NCBI GenBank assembly: GCA_944363715.1
Contig: CALVUX010000003.1
Span: 8,155 to 72,154 of the forward strand
DNA from: an uncultured Bacilli bacterium
Lineage (GTDB): Bacteria; Bacillota_I; Bacilli_A; RF39; UBA660
Length of the DNA stretch: 64,000 bases
Reading direction: 5' to 3'
Below, in pieces: positions 21,080-29,444 of the stretch. The notes below the pieces were generated by a model. The model was not told where the DNA came from, ran no database searches, and was given only the letters and a program-made list of their open reading frames with translations. Within the stretch, counting starts at the first letter, position 1. Each line of letters begins with the position of its first letter. The position numbers and the translations under genes are program-made.

Positions 21080-21337
21080 TTAAAGATAAGTATTCTTTAA
21101 ATTCATGATAATAGTTGACACACCACTATAGATATCATCTCTAATATTTCCTCTTAAATTAAGTAAAATACTATTATCTTTTAATAAAATATTATAGTTT
21201 TCTTTTAAAAAATTACAAATAATAATCGCTTCATCTTCTGTTGGATAAATATTCTTACTTTCTAAGTATCCCATTACTAAATGGGAATTTAATACTTTAA
21301 TATTATTTTTAATTATTCTTTCTATCATTTTTATCAC
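21080..21337 (-). CDS. Hypothetical small protein
   Basis: 85-aa ORF upstream of the pilin-like gene on the same strand. Confidence 0.4.
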   Translation of the reverse strand: MIKMIERIIKNNIKVLNSHLVMGYLESKNIYPTEDEAIIICNFLKENYNILLKDNSILLNLRGNIRDDIYSGVSTIIMNLKNTYL

Positions 21338-21407
21338 CTTTATTTAATTTATATGTAGTAAAATAAAAAATATGTGATAAACTAGTAAGGAAAGAAGGTG
21401 TTGTAGT

Positions 21408-23489
21408 TTGAGAATAAAACAGAAAGTTAATAAGAAAAACATTAATAGAAGAGAAAGAAAATATGCTGTTAATAGAAATACTTATAAGAAAAGATTTTTC
21501 TTTTTAGGTAGTGTTTTAGTTGTTTTATTTTTAGTAATAACACTTAGACTTTATCATGTAATGTTAAGAGAACAGTCTTATTATCAAGAAGAACTTACGA
21601 CTCTTGCTACCACTGTAGTAGAAGGACCTAGTTCTCCACGTGGTAGAATACTTGATCGTAATGGAAAAGTAATAGTTGATAATAAAGCAGTTAAGACAAT
21701 TTATTATAATAAAGATAAAAGCAGAGGGACTAAAGAGGAAATAGAACTTGCTTATAAAGTTTCTAGTCATCTTAGTCTAGATTATGATAAAGTATCTGAT
21801 AGAAATAAAAGAGAGTTTTTTGTCGCTAAGAATAGTAGTGATATGGATGATAGAATAACTGATAAAGAATGGGAAAAGTATGAACAAAGAAAATTAGATA
21901 GTGATGATATATATGAACTTAAAATAGAAAGAGTGACAAATGAAGAGTTAAATGCTTTTACAGAAGAAGATGTTAAAGCTAGCTATTTATATTATTTAAT
22001 GAATAAAGGATATTCTTATGATGATAAAATTATTAAAAATGAAGATGTAACTGATGAAGAATATGCTTATATAGCAGAGAATAATGAAGATTTGCCAGGA
22101 TTTAATACAAAACTTGATTGGGAGAGAGTTTATAATTATGGAGATACTTTTAGAACTATTTTAGGTAATGTTGGGACTATTCCTAGTGAAGAGAAAGATG
22201 AATATCTTGCTAAAGGGTATTCTTTAAATGATATAGTTGGTACTAGTTATTTAGAAGAGGAGTATGAAGAATATTTAAAAGGAACAAAAGCAATATATAA
22301 GACAGTTAATTCACATGAGTTAGAGCTAGTTTCAGAAGGCAAAAGAGGTAATGATATAGTACTTACTATTGATATAGAATTACAACAACAATTAGAAGCG
22401 ATATTAAATGAAGAAATACTTGCTACTAAAGGACAACCAAATACAGAGTATTATAATAGAAGTTATGCTATTATTCAAGATCCTAATACAGGAGAGATAC
22501 TTGCTATGGCAGGTAGACAAGTAGTTAGTGATGGTAATGGAGGTTATAGGACAGTAGATTGTACTACAGGTATTATGACTGATCCAATGACAAGTGGTTC
22601 TGTTGTTAAAGGTGCTAGTATGTTAGTAGGATATAATACAGGTGCTATTAAACCAGGAGAGTATCAAGTAGATGAATGTATTAAAATAGCAGGTACACCA
22701 CAGAAATGTTCTTGGAGAACACTAGGTAGAATTAATGATATAGATGCCCTTGCTTTATCTAGTAATGTTTATCAGTTTAAAACAGCGATGAAAGTAGCAG
22801 GTGCAACTTATCAATATAATAAGCCATTAGTAATTAATGAAGAAGCTTTTGATATTTATAGAAATACTTTTAAAGAGTTTGGACTTGGTGTTGAAACAGA
22901 GATAGATTTACCAGTAGAGTCTTTAGGTTATACTAGTAGTAATAAAGCTCCAGGACTTTTACTTGACTTTGTAATGGGTCAATATGATACATATACACCA
23001 ATACAGTTATCACAGTATATTTCAACTTTTGCAAATGGTGGTAGTAGATTACAACCTCATTTATTGAAAGAAGTACATGCTTCTACTGATGATGAAAGTT
23101 TAGGGGATTTAATATATACTTTTGATGTTAATGTTTTAAATACCGTTAATACAACTCCTGAATATTTAAATAGAGTTAAAGAAGGGTTCTATGCTGTTAT
23201 GAATAAAAGTTATGGACTAGGAGTAGGTTATATAGATGATTCTCATGATCCATCAGGTAAGACAGGAACTAGTCAGAGTGCTACAGATACTAATGATGAT
23301 GATATTAATGATACAGATACAGTTTCAACTGCCTTTGTAGGTTATGCTCCAACAAATAGTCCTAAAATGTCTATAACAGTAACAAGTCCTGATTCTACTT
23401 GGGAGAACCCAAGAAATAGTTATTCAACTTTAGTTACAAGAAGAATTAGCAAAAGAGCAAGTGATGCATATTTTACTCTATATCCTTAG
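21408..23489 (+). CDS. Class B penicillin-binding protein (PBP2/transpeptidase)
   Basis: N-terminal anchor. Motifs SVVK, SSN (ALSSNVY), KTGT (SGKTGTSQ). TTG start after RBS gaaggtg. Confidence 0.85.
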   Translation: MRIKQKVNKKNINRRERKYAVNRNTYKKRFFFLGSVLVVLFLVITLRLYHVMLREQSYYQEELTTLATTVVEGPSSPRGRILDRNGKVIVDNKAVKTIYYNKDKSRGTKEEIELAYKVSSHLSLDYDKVSDRNKREFFVAKNSSDMDDRITDKEWEKYEQRKLDSDDIYELKIERVTNEELNAFTEEDVKASYLYYLMNKGYSYDDKIIKNEDVTDEEYAYIAENNEDLPGFNTKLDWERVYNYGDTFRTILGNVGTIPSEEKDEYLAKGYSLNDIVGTSYLEEEYEEYLKGTKAIYKTVNSHELELVSEGKRGNDIVLTIDIELQQQLEAILNEEILATKGQPNTEYYNRSYAIIQDPNTGEILAMAGRQVVSDGNGGYRTVDCTTGIMTDPMTSGSVVKGASMLVGYNTGAIKPGEYQVDECIKIAGTPQKCSWRTLGRINDIDALALSSNVYQFKTAMKVAGATYQYNKPLVINEEAFDIYRNTFKEFGLGVETEIDLPVESLGYTSSNKAPGLLLDFVMGQYDTYTPIQLSQYISTFANGGSRLQPHLLKEVHASTDDESLGDLIYTFDVNVLNTVNTTPEYLNRVKEGFYAVMNKSYGLGVGYIDDSHDPSGKTGTSQSATDTNDDDINDTDTVSTAFVGYAPTNSPKMSITVTSPDSTWENPRNSYSTLVTRRISKRASDAYFTLYP

Positions 23490-23526
23490 AATAATTTATT
23501 CATCTCTATAATAAAATTTTATAGAG

Positions 23527-24396
23527 GTGGTTCTTATTAAAAAGGTTATAGAAGTAATATTTGTCATGTTACTTGTTCTTTTTTCTTTTTATTATACTGA
23601 GAAAGCGATTGTGTTATTAGAATCTAATGATCCAATTATGAAAGAGATAAAAGATAAGGGTAGTGGTAAGGAAGAAGATGCCATTAATGCTAAAGTAGAA
23701 GGGGACTATTTAATACCGGGTTATAATGGTCTTGTTATAGATTTAGAAGAAAGCTTTACTAAGATGAAAGGGTATGGTAGTTATAATGATGCTCTATTAG
23801 TATTTGAAGAAGTGGAACCTACTATATCAATAGATGATTATTATGATAAATATATAAGTAGTGGTAATGGTATAAGTACTAATATTGCTTTAGTCTTTGC
23901 TGTTGATGATAGTAGTTATACTAGTAATGTTTTAAATGTTTTAAAAAATATGGGAGTAGTAGGAACATTTTTTATAGATGGTAAATTTACTGATAATAAT
24001 ACATCATTTGTAACGGATGCAGTAGTTAATGGTAATGAAGTAGAAGTACTTAGTTATGAAAAAGCTTATGATGAACTTTTATTTAAAGCATCTATTGATA
24101 AGATAAAAACACTTACTAGTACCAATCCTAAGTACTGTTATGCAACTTATGATAATGAAGAAGTATTAAATCTATGTAGTAAGTTATCTATGCATACTAT
24201 TATACCTACTTTAAGATTAGATAATAATATTTATAGTGGTGCTAAAGGTAACTTAAGAAGTGGTAGTATTATAAGTGTTAAATTAACTGAATCCAATGTC
24301 TTTGAATTAAAAGTACTGATAAACTATATAAAACAAAGAGGCTTTACTTTAGTAGCACTTGATACTCTTTTAAATGAAGCGAGAAGTGAAAAGTAA
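23527..24396 (+). CDS. Polysaccharide deacetylase-family protein (PdaB/YlxY-like), membrane anchored
   Basis: IALVFAVDDSSYTSNVLNVLKNMGVVGTFFIDG resembles the NodB-fold TFDDG...ATFF block, but is divergent. Confidence 0.5.
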   Translation: MVLIKKVIEVIFVMLLVLFSFYYTEKAIVLLESNDPIMKEIKDKGSGKEEDAINAKVEGDYLIPGYNGLVIDLEESFTKMKGYGSYNDALLVFEEVEPTISIDDYYDKYISSGNGISTNIALVFAVDDSSYTSNVLNVLKNMGVVGTFFIDGKFTDNNTSFVTDAVVNGNEVEVLSYEKAYDELLFKASIDKIKTLTSTNPKYCYATYDNEEVLNLCSKLSMHTIIPTLRLDNNIYSGAKGNLRSGSIISVKLTESNVFELKVLINYIKQRGFTLVALDTLLNEARSEK

Positions 24397-24523
24397 GGGA
24401 GAAGATATTTTATTTTTTTCGTCTATAAGGAAATTGCGTTTTTTTGATATAAATCGAATTTTTGTATTGATGAACGTATATTTTATATAGTGCACTTAAG
24501 TTATAAGAAAGAGGTTTCGTCAT

Positions 24524-24736
24524 ATGAAAATATATAGAGCATATAAATTTAGATTATATCCAACAGAAGAACAGAAAATATTAATACATAAAACTTTTGG
24601 ATGTAGTCGTTTTGTTTATAATTATTATTTAAATTATCAAAGAGAAAAAGAAGTACAAAAAGCATTTAATAAAAGTCTATCAGATGCAAGTTTAAACATA
24701 TTATTAGAAGGATTAAAGTTACATTACAAAAGTTAA
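24524..24736 (+). pseudogene. tnpB: tnpB remnant (two internal deletions, 70 codons left)
   Basis: MKIYRAYKFRLYPT...FVYNYYLNY joined to KAFNKSLSDA joined to SLNILLEGLKLHY. Each piece is collinear with the 382-aa TnpB downstream. Confidence 0.8.
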
Positions 24737-24781
24737 ATAATGTCTGATATAATAAAAAAAACAAAGATAAATAGATTATTG

Positions 24782-24894
24782 AGTACGGTAGTGTTTTAAG
24801 GAATTTAAGCCTATGGAGAATAAGGGGTACCTTATCTATGAAGTAGGAATCCTTGGAGGTAACGACAAGGGTGAAATAAAATTTATTTTATTTC
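24782..24894 (+). ncRNA. Conserved right-end RNA scaffold (candidate omega/reRNA) of the deleted element
   Basis: agtacgg..ggaatttaagcctatggagaata..taggaatccttggaggtaacgacaagg is near-identical to 26240-26350. Ends in the perfect hairpin gaaataaaat/attttatttc. Confidence 0.5.
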
Positions 24895-25047
24895 TTATTT
24901 TCTTTAATACTAGTATTAATTTTGGTAAAAATTAAATATATTTTTATATAATAGGAAATTTATACTGAAAATCGAAAAAAAGTATTGACAAACATATTTT
25001 CTAGATAGTACACTTAAGTTACAAAAGTTAAGAGAGGTGTTCGGATT

Positions 25048-26196
25048 ATGAAGATATATAAAGCATATAAATTTAGGTTATATCCAACAAATGACCAAAG
25101 GGGATTTATTAATAGAACTTTAGGATGTAAACGTTTTGTATATAATTATTATCTTAATTATTTAAAGGATAATAATGGTATAAATAGATTTGATTTACAT
25201 AAAGATTTGCCTAAATTAAAAGAAGAAAATGAATTTCTAAAAGAAGTAGATTCAACTGTATTATGTTCTGCTGTAGATGATTTATGTAAAGCTTTTAATG
25301 ATTATTATGCTAAAAGAAAAGGTTATCCTAAATTTAAAAGTAAATTTAGTAAACAGTCATATAGAACTAGTTGTATAAGAAGCAGATATAAAGAAAAAGA
25401 ATATAGTAATATAGAGGTGGATTTATTAACTAAAAATATAAAATTACCTAAATTAGGTAAAGTCAAAATAAGAGGATATAGAGATAAAGATAAAATAAAT
25501 GGTAAAATATTAAATGCAACTATATCAAAAGAAACAACAAATAAGTATTATGTTAGTGTATTAGTAGAAGAAGATATCTTAATAGAGAAAGTAACACCTA
25601 CTACTATAGTAGGAATAGACTTAGGTATAAAAGATTTAGTAATAACAAGTGATGGTATTAAATATAGTAATCCGAAAGTATTAATGAAGTTTGAAAAGAG
25701 ATTAAAAAGATTACAAAGGAAATTATCTAGACAAGTTAAAGGTAGTAAAAACTATTTAAAGACAAAAGAGAAGATAGCGAGGATACACATTAAAATAAAG
25801 AATTATAGAAAACATTATTTAAACGATATAGCAAATGAAATAGTAGATGAACATGATATTATAGTAACAGAGAATCTACTAGTAAAAGATATGTTTAAAG
25901 ATAAGAGAAAAGCATTTAATAAAAGTCTATCAGATGCGTGTGTTAGTACATTTCTTTCTTTAATGGAGTGGAAATGTAAGATAAAAGGAAAGATTTATTA
26001 TAAAATAAATACCTATTATCCAAGTAGTCAGATATGTAGTCATTGTGGATATAAGAATAGCAAGTTAAAAGATTTAAGTATAAGAGAGTATGATTGTCCA
26101 GAATGCGGCTCACATAATGATAGAGATATAAATGCTAGTTTAAACATATTATTAGAAGGATTAAAGTTACATTATAATTTAGTTAGTTTAGTATAG
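25048..26196 (+). CDS. tnpB: TnpB (IS605 OrfB-family RNA-guided endonuclease-like protein)
   Basis: N-terminal YKAYKFRLYPTNDQ HTH block. RuvC-like IVGIDLGIKDL and IIVTENLLVKDM. Zn finger CSHCGY..CPECGSHNDRDINASLNI. Confidence 0.92.
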   Translation: MKIYKAYKFRLYPTNDQRGFINRTLGCKRFVYNYYLNYLKDNNGINRFDLHKDLPKLKEENEFLKEVDSTVLCSAVDDLCKAFNDYYAKRKGYPKFKSKFSKQSYRTSCIRSRYKEKEYSNIEVDLLTKNIKLPKLGKVKIRGYRDKDKINGKILNATISKETTNKYYVSVLVEEDILIEKVTPTTIVGIDLGIKDLVITSDGIKYSNPKVLMKFEKRLKRLQRKLSRQVKGSKNYLKTKEKIARIHIKIKNYRKHYLNDIANEIVDEHDIIVTENLLVKDMFKDKRKAFNKSLSDACVSTFLSLMEWKCKIKGKIYYKINTYYPSSQICSHCGYKNSKLKDLSIREYDCPECGSHNDRDINASLNILLEGLKLHYNLVSLV

Positions 26197-26239
26197 ATAA
26201 TGTTTTAGATAAAATAACAATTTAATAAAAAAATAAATT

Positions 26240-26350
26240 AGTACGGTGGCGACCATCGGAATTTAAGCCTATGGAGAATAGGGGTTACTCTATCTAAGAA
26301 ATAGGAATCCTTGGAGGTAACGACAAGGTGAAAACAAACTTGTTTGTTTT
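26240..26350 (+). ncRNA. Conserved right-end RNA scaffold (candidate omega/reRNA) of the full element
   Basis: Same core as 24782-24894. The terminal hairpin is aaaacaaac/gtttgtttt: different sequence, same structure (compensatory changes). Confidence 0.5.
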
Positions 26351-26360
26351 ATTTGTTCTA

Positions 26361-26390
26361 AGAAACGACAAATAATTCGTTTCTTTTTTT
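26361..26390 (+). terminator. Hairpin plus T run between the IS element and spoIIGA
   Basis: agaaacga / tcgtttct stem followed by ttttttt. Confidence 0.6.
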
Positions 26391-26413
26391 ATATACTTAA
26401 AACGGTGGTAGGA

Positions 26414-27202
26414 ATGAAAGTATATTTAGATCTAATATTCTTTATTAATTTCATGTTTGATTTACTCCTTTTAATGACTGTTAGTATAGAGTGTAAAGTC
26501 TTTTCTAAAAAAAGAAGATTACTTATATCTTCATTTCTAGGAAGTCTTAGTACTTTCCTTTTATTCCTACCCTTAAATAATTTTTCTTTATTTCTTTTTA
26601 AAGTAGTAATAAGTATTATTATGATTATAGTTGGTTTCAAAATAAGCTCTAAGGAACTGTTTTTTTCTCTTATGAAGAGTCTTTATGGTAATAGTATTAT
26701 TTTAGGAGGACTTATTTACTTTTTAAATAATCAGTTTAGTTATAAACAAAAGGGATTTATCTTTATCCATGATGGGACTAGTTTAAATTTAATAATTATC
26801 TTAATAAGCAGTCCTATAATCTTTTATCTATATCATAAAATGATGAAAAACGAAAAGAAGAAAAGAGAACTACTTCATAGTGTATCTATTAGGTGTAAAA
26901 AAGGTACTATTAATACATTAGGATTCTTAGATACAGGTAATAATATTAAAGACCCTTATAAGAGAAGGGGAGTTATTCTTATTAATTCAAGTGAAATTAA
27001 TCTTAGTTTAGAAGAGTCTATTTTAGTACCTTTTAAAACAGTAGATTCTAATAGTTTACTTAGATGTATAGAAATAGAGGAATTAAAGATAGATGATAAT
27101 TTAATTACTAATAAATACCTATTAGGAGTTAGTCCTAAAAATATAGAAATAAAGGGAGCTTCTTGTATACTCCCTAATATAATAGAGGAGGAATTAAAAT
27201 GA
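26414..27202 (+). CDS. spoIIGA: Sporulation sigma-E processing aspartic peptidase SpoIIGA
   Basis: Five N-terminal hydrophobic helices. GFLDTGN catalytic motif. Directly upstream of, and overlapping, sigE. ATG at 26414 follows ggtggtagg. Confidence 0.85.
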   Translation: MKVYLDLIFFINFMFDLLLLMTVSIECKVFSKKRRLLISSFLGSLSTFLLFLPLNNFSLFLFKVVISIIMIIVGFKISSKELFFSLMKSLYGNSIILGGLIYFLNNQFSYKQKGFIFIHDGTSLNLIIILISSPIIFYLYHKMMKNEKKKRELLHSVSIRCKKGTINTLGFLDTGNNIKDPYKRRGVILINSSEINLSLEESILVPFKTVDSNSLLRCIEIEELKIDDNLITNKYLLGVSPKNIEIKGASCILPNIIEEELK

Positions 27203-27891
27203 TTAGTTTACTTTACTTAGTAGCATTTTTACTTGATAAATCTTGTGAAATATTTTATGTAGGTAGTAGTGATATCTTACCAGAACCATTATCAAAGGAA
27301 GATGAAGAAGCATATCTTGTAATGGCAATGGACGGAGATATACATGCAAGAGATGTTTTAATAGAACATAACTTAAGATTAGTAGTATTTCTTGCTAAAA
27401 AGTATGAAAATACGAAAGTAGATTTAGAAGATTTAGTTAGTATAGGGACAATTGGTCTTATTAAAGGTATAAATACTTTTAAACCAGATAAAAATATTAA
27501 GCTTGCAACTTATGCATCACGTTGTATTGATAATGAGATATTAATGTACTTAAGAAAGATTAAAAAATCTAAAACAGAAGTTAGTATAGATGCATCTCTT
27601 AGTTTAGATGCAGAAGGAAATGAATTACATTTAGAAGATATCTTAGGAACTGATGCAGATATTGTAACTAAAGGAATAGAAGAAGAGACCGATAAAAAAT
27701 TAATGTTAGATGAAGTTATGAAGTTAAATCCAAGGGATAGAGATATTATCATACTAAGATATGGTCTTATGGGACATAATGAATTAACCCAGAAGGAAGT
27801 TGCAGAACTACTTGGTATTAGTCAGTCTTATATTTCAAGAATAGAAAAGAAAGTGATTAGGAGGTTAAAGAATATAGTTAAGTATTCATAA
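27199..27891 (+). CDS. sigE: RNA polymerase sporulation sigma factor E (pro-sigma-E)
   Basis: N-terminal pro-sequence. Region 2 HNLRLVVFLAKKY..IGTIGLIKGI. Region 4 HTH TQKEVAELLGISQSYISRIEKK. Confidence 0.9.
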   Translation: MISLLYLVAFLLDKSCEIFYVGSSDILPEPLSKEDEEAYLVMAMDGDIHARDVLIEHNLRLVVFLAKKYENTKVDLEDLVSIGTIGLIKGINTFKPDKNIKLATYASRCIDNEILMYLRKIKKSKTEVSIDASLSLDAEGNELHLEDILGTDADIVTKGIEEETDKKLMLDEVMKLNPRDRDIIILRYGLMGHNELTQKEVAELLGISQSYISRIEKKVIRRLKNIVKYS

Positions 27892-28070
27892 GTTTATGAA
27901 AAGTGAAAAAGAAGAGTTAATGAAGTTGAGATATCTATATAAAATAAAACAAAATAAAGACTTAGGTCTTGTTAATAATGATATTGATTTTAAGAATAAG
28001 TATTTTAAAGACTTAGAAGAGTTTAAAAGAAAGTATATAGGAATTAAATAGAGATATTTAGTTCTTTTTA

Positions 28071-28120
28071 TTGACTTTCAGGATTTATTTTAATATAATC
28101 TAATTGATAATAATTATCAA
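28071..28120 (+). promoter_or_regulatory. Promoter with overlapping Fur/PerR-type operator
   Basis: TTGACT-17-TATAAT (28071-28099), followed by the perfect 8-1-8 palindrome TTGATAATaATTATCAA (28104-28120), which contains the 7-1-7 Fur-box core TGATAATnATTATCA. Confidence 0.7.
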
Positions 28121-28132
28121 TAAGGTGTAGAT

Positions 28133-28513
28133 ATGGAAAGAAATACAGTACAAAGACAAGAGATAATAGAAGTATTAAAAAATAACTATAATCATCCAAC
28201 TATTAAAGAGTTGTGTGAACTAGTAAGTGCTAAAAATATAGGACAAGCGACTGTTTATAGAACTGTTAATAGTTTAGTCAGTGATGATGTTATTAGAAGG
28301 ATAGATTGTCCTGATGGAGTTCATTATGATTATAGAAAAGATCATTATCACTTTTATTGTCTTAAATGCAATAAAATTACGGATGTTTTTCTTGATAATA
28401 GTCTTATAGATAATTTATTATCAGCTTCTAATTTAACTGATATTAAACATGTTAACTTAGTATTTGAAGGTATATGTGATAACTGTCAAAAACTAAATAA
28501 AGATACTTGTTAA
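28133..28513 (+). CDS. Fur-family metalloregulator (PerR-like)
   Basis: 126 aa with a winged-helix N-terminus (ATVYRTVNSL) and two CxxC pairs (CLKCNK, CDNCQ). Adjacent to rubrerythrin. Confidence 0.85.
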   Translation: MERNTVQRQEIIEVLKNNYNHPTIKELCELVSAKNIGQATVYRTVNSLVSDDVIRRIDCPDGVHYDYRKDHYHFYCLKCNKITDVFLDNSLIDNLLSASNLTDIKHVNLVFEGICDNCQKLNKDTC

Positions 28514-28608
28514 CTCTTGAAGAAAAATTTAGAAGTGTTAAAATAATAGTAGTATATTAATAGAGCTAGCTCTTTAATATAAATAATATGTAGAAAGAAG
28601 GTATATTA

Positions 28609-29151
28609 ATGGAATTAAAAGGTTCAAAAACTGAACAAAACTTAATGACTGCATTTGCAGGAGAAAGTCAAGCTCGTAATAAATACACATATTACGCATC
28701 TAAAGCTAGAAAAGATGGTTATGAACAAATAGCAGCTATTTTTGAAGAAACTGCTAATAACGAAAAGGAACATGCTAAACTTTGGTTTAAAGAATTACAT
28801 GGTGGAGATATTCCTGATACTATGACTAACTTAGAAGATGCTGCTGCTGGTGAGAACTATGAGTGGACTGATATGTATAAGAACTTTGCAGAGACTGCTA
28901 GAGAAGAAGGATTTACTCGTTTAGCATTCCTATTTGAAAGTGTAGCAAAGATTGAAAAAGAACATGAAGAAAGATATTTAACACTTCTTAAGAATGTTAA
29001 AGATGATAGAGTATTCCATAAAGATGGAGACAAGATTTGGATTTGTCGTAACTGTGGACATGTATATGTTGGTAAAGATGCACTTGATGTATGTCCAGTA
29101 TGTAATCATCCAAGAAGTTTTATGGAAGTTAAAGCTAATAACTATGAATAA
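28609..29151 (+). CDS. rbr: Rubrerythrin
   Basis: Ferritin-like diiron motifs ([24 protein letters not shown]). C-terminal rubredoxin-like CRNCGH...CPVCNHP. Confidence 0.95.
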   Translation: MELKGSKTEQNLMTAFAGESQARNKYTYYASKARKDGYEQIAAIFEETANNEKEHAKLWFKELHGGDIPDTMTNLEDAAAGENYEWTDMYKNFAETAREEGFTRLAFLFESVAKIEKEHEERYLTLLKNVKDDRVFHKDGDKIWICRNCGHVYVGKDALDVCPVCNHPRSFMEVKANNYE

Positions 29152-29238
29152 AAGGACTTTTCTAAGTTCTTTTTTCTGTTATTATTAAGTTAACTAAAGA
29201 TAAGGAAAGAAGGTAAAAATATGACTAATTTAATTTAT

Positions 29239-29282
29239 CAGGGTAAAATAAATCGTCAATTCCAGGGTAAAATAAATCGTCA
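29239..29282 (+). repeat. Tandem duplication, 24-nt period, two copies of a 20-nt core
   Basis: cagggtaaaataaatcgtca occurs at 29239-29258 and 29263-29282. Confidence 0.9.
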
Positions 29283-29444
29283 TTTTTCTAAAGTTACATG
29301 TTTACAAAATGTTACCTGAGGGGGGGCATTTAACCCTAATATAAGTAATAAAATTACTTTCTTTCATTATGATATAAGAGCAGGATAGTATTATTCTGTT
29401 CTTTTTGATGGTGTGAGAAAAATAATAAAGGAGAGAAGTGAAAG

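Larger units (their letters stand above)
24424..24900 (+). mobile_element. Internally deleted IS200/IS605-family (tnpB-only, IS1341-like) element
   Basis: Shares the 5' ~100-nt leader, the first ~40 codons, two short internal segments, the last ~14 codons and the ~113-nt 3' non-coding end with the full element at 24948-26356. Boundaries approximate. Confidence 0.7.
24948..26356 (+). mobile_element. IS200/IS605-family tnpB-only element (IS1341-like), full length
   Basis: Leader with promoter TTGACA-18-TACACT (24985-25014), tnpB, and a conserved 3' end. No tnpA (Y1 transposase) in the window. Boundaries approximate. Confidence 0.75.

Noticed and set aside
24524-24736. 70-aa ORF as a genuine small gene
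   Set aside because: Every segment of it is collinear with parts of the downstream 382-aa TnpB. It is a deletion remnant lacking all catalytic motifs.
27896-28051. 51-codon ORF (MKSEKEELMKLRYLYKIKQNK...) just after sigE
   Set aside because: No recognisable RBS (cataagtttATG) and no motif. It occupies the position where sigG follows sigE in Bacillus but is far too short and unrelated. Left uncalled, although a small sporulation protein cannot be excluded.
28994-29188. 64-aa + strand ORF overlapping the rubrerythrin 3' end in another frame
   Set aside because: It is embedded in the rubredoxin-like domain coding region of rbr. It has no RBS, and its composition is an artefact of the alternate frame.
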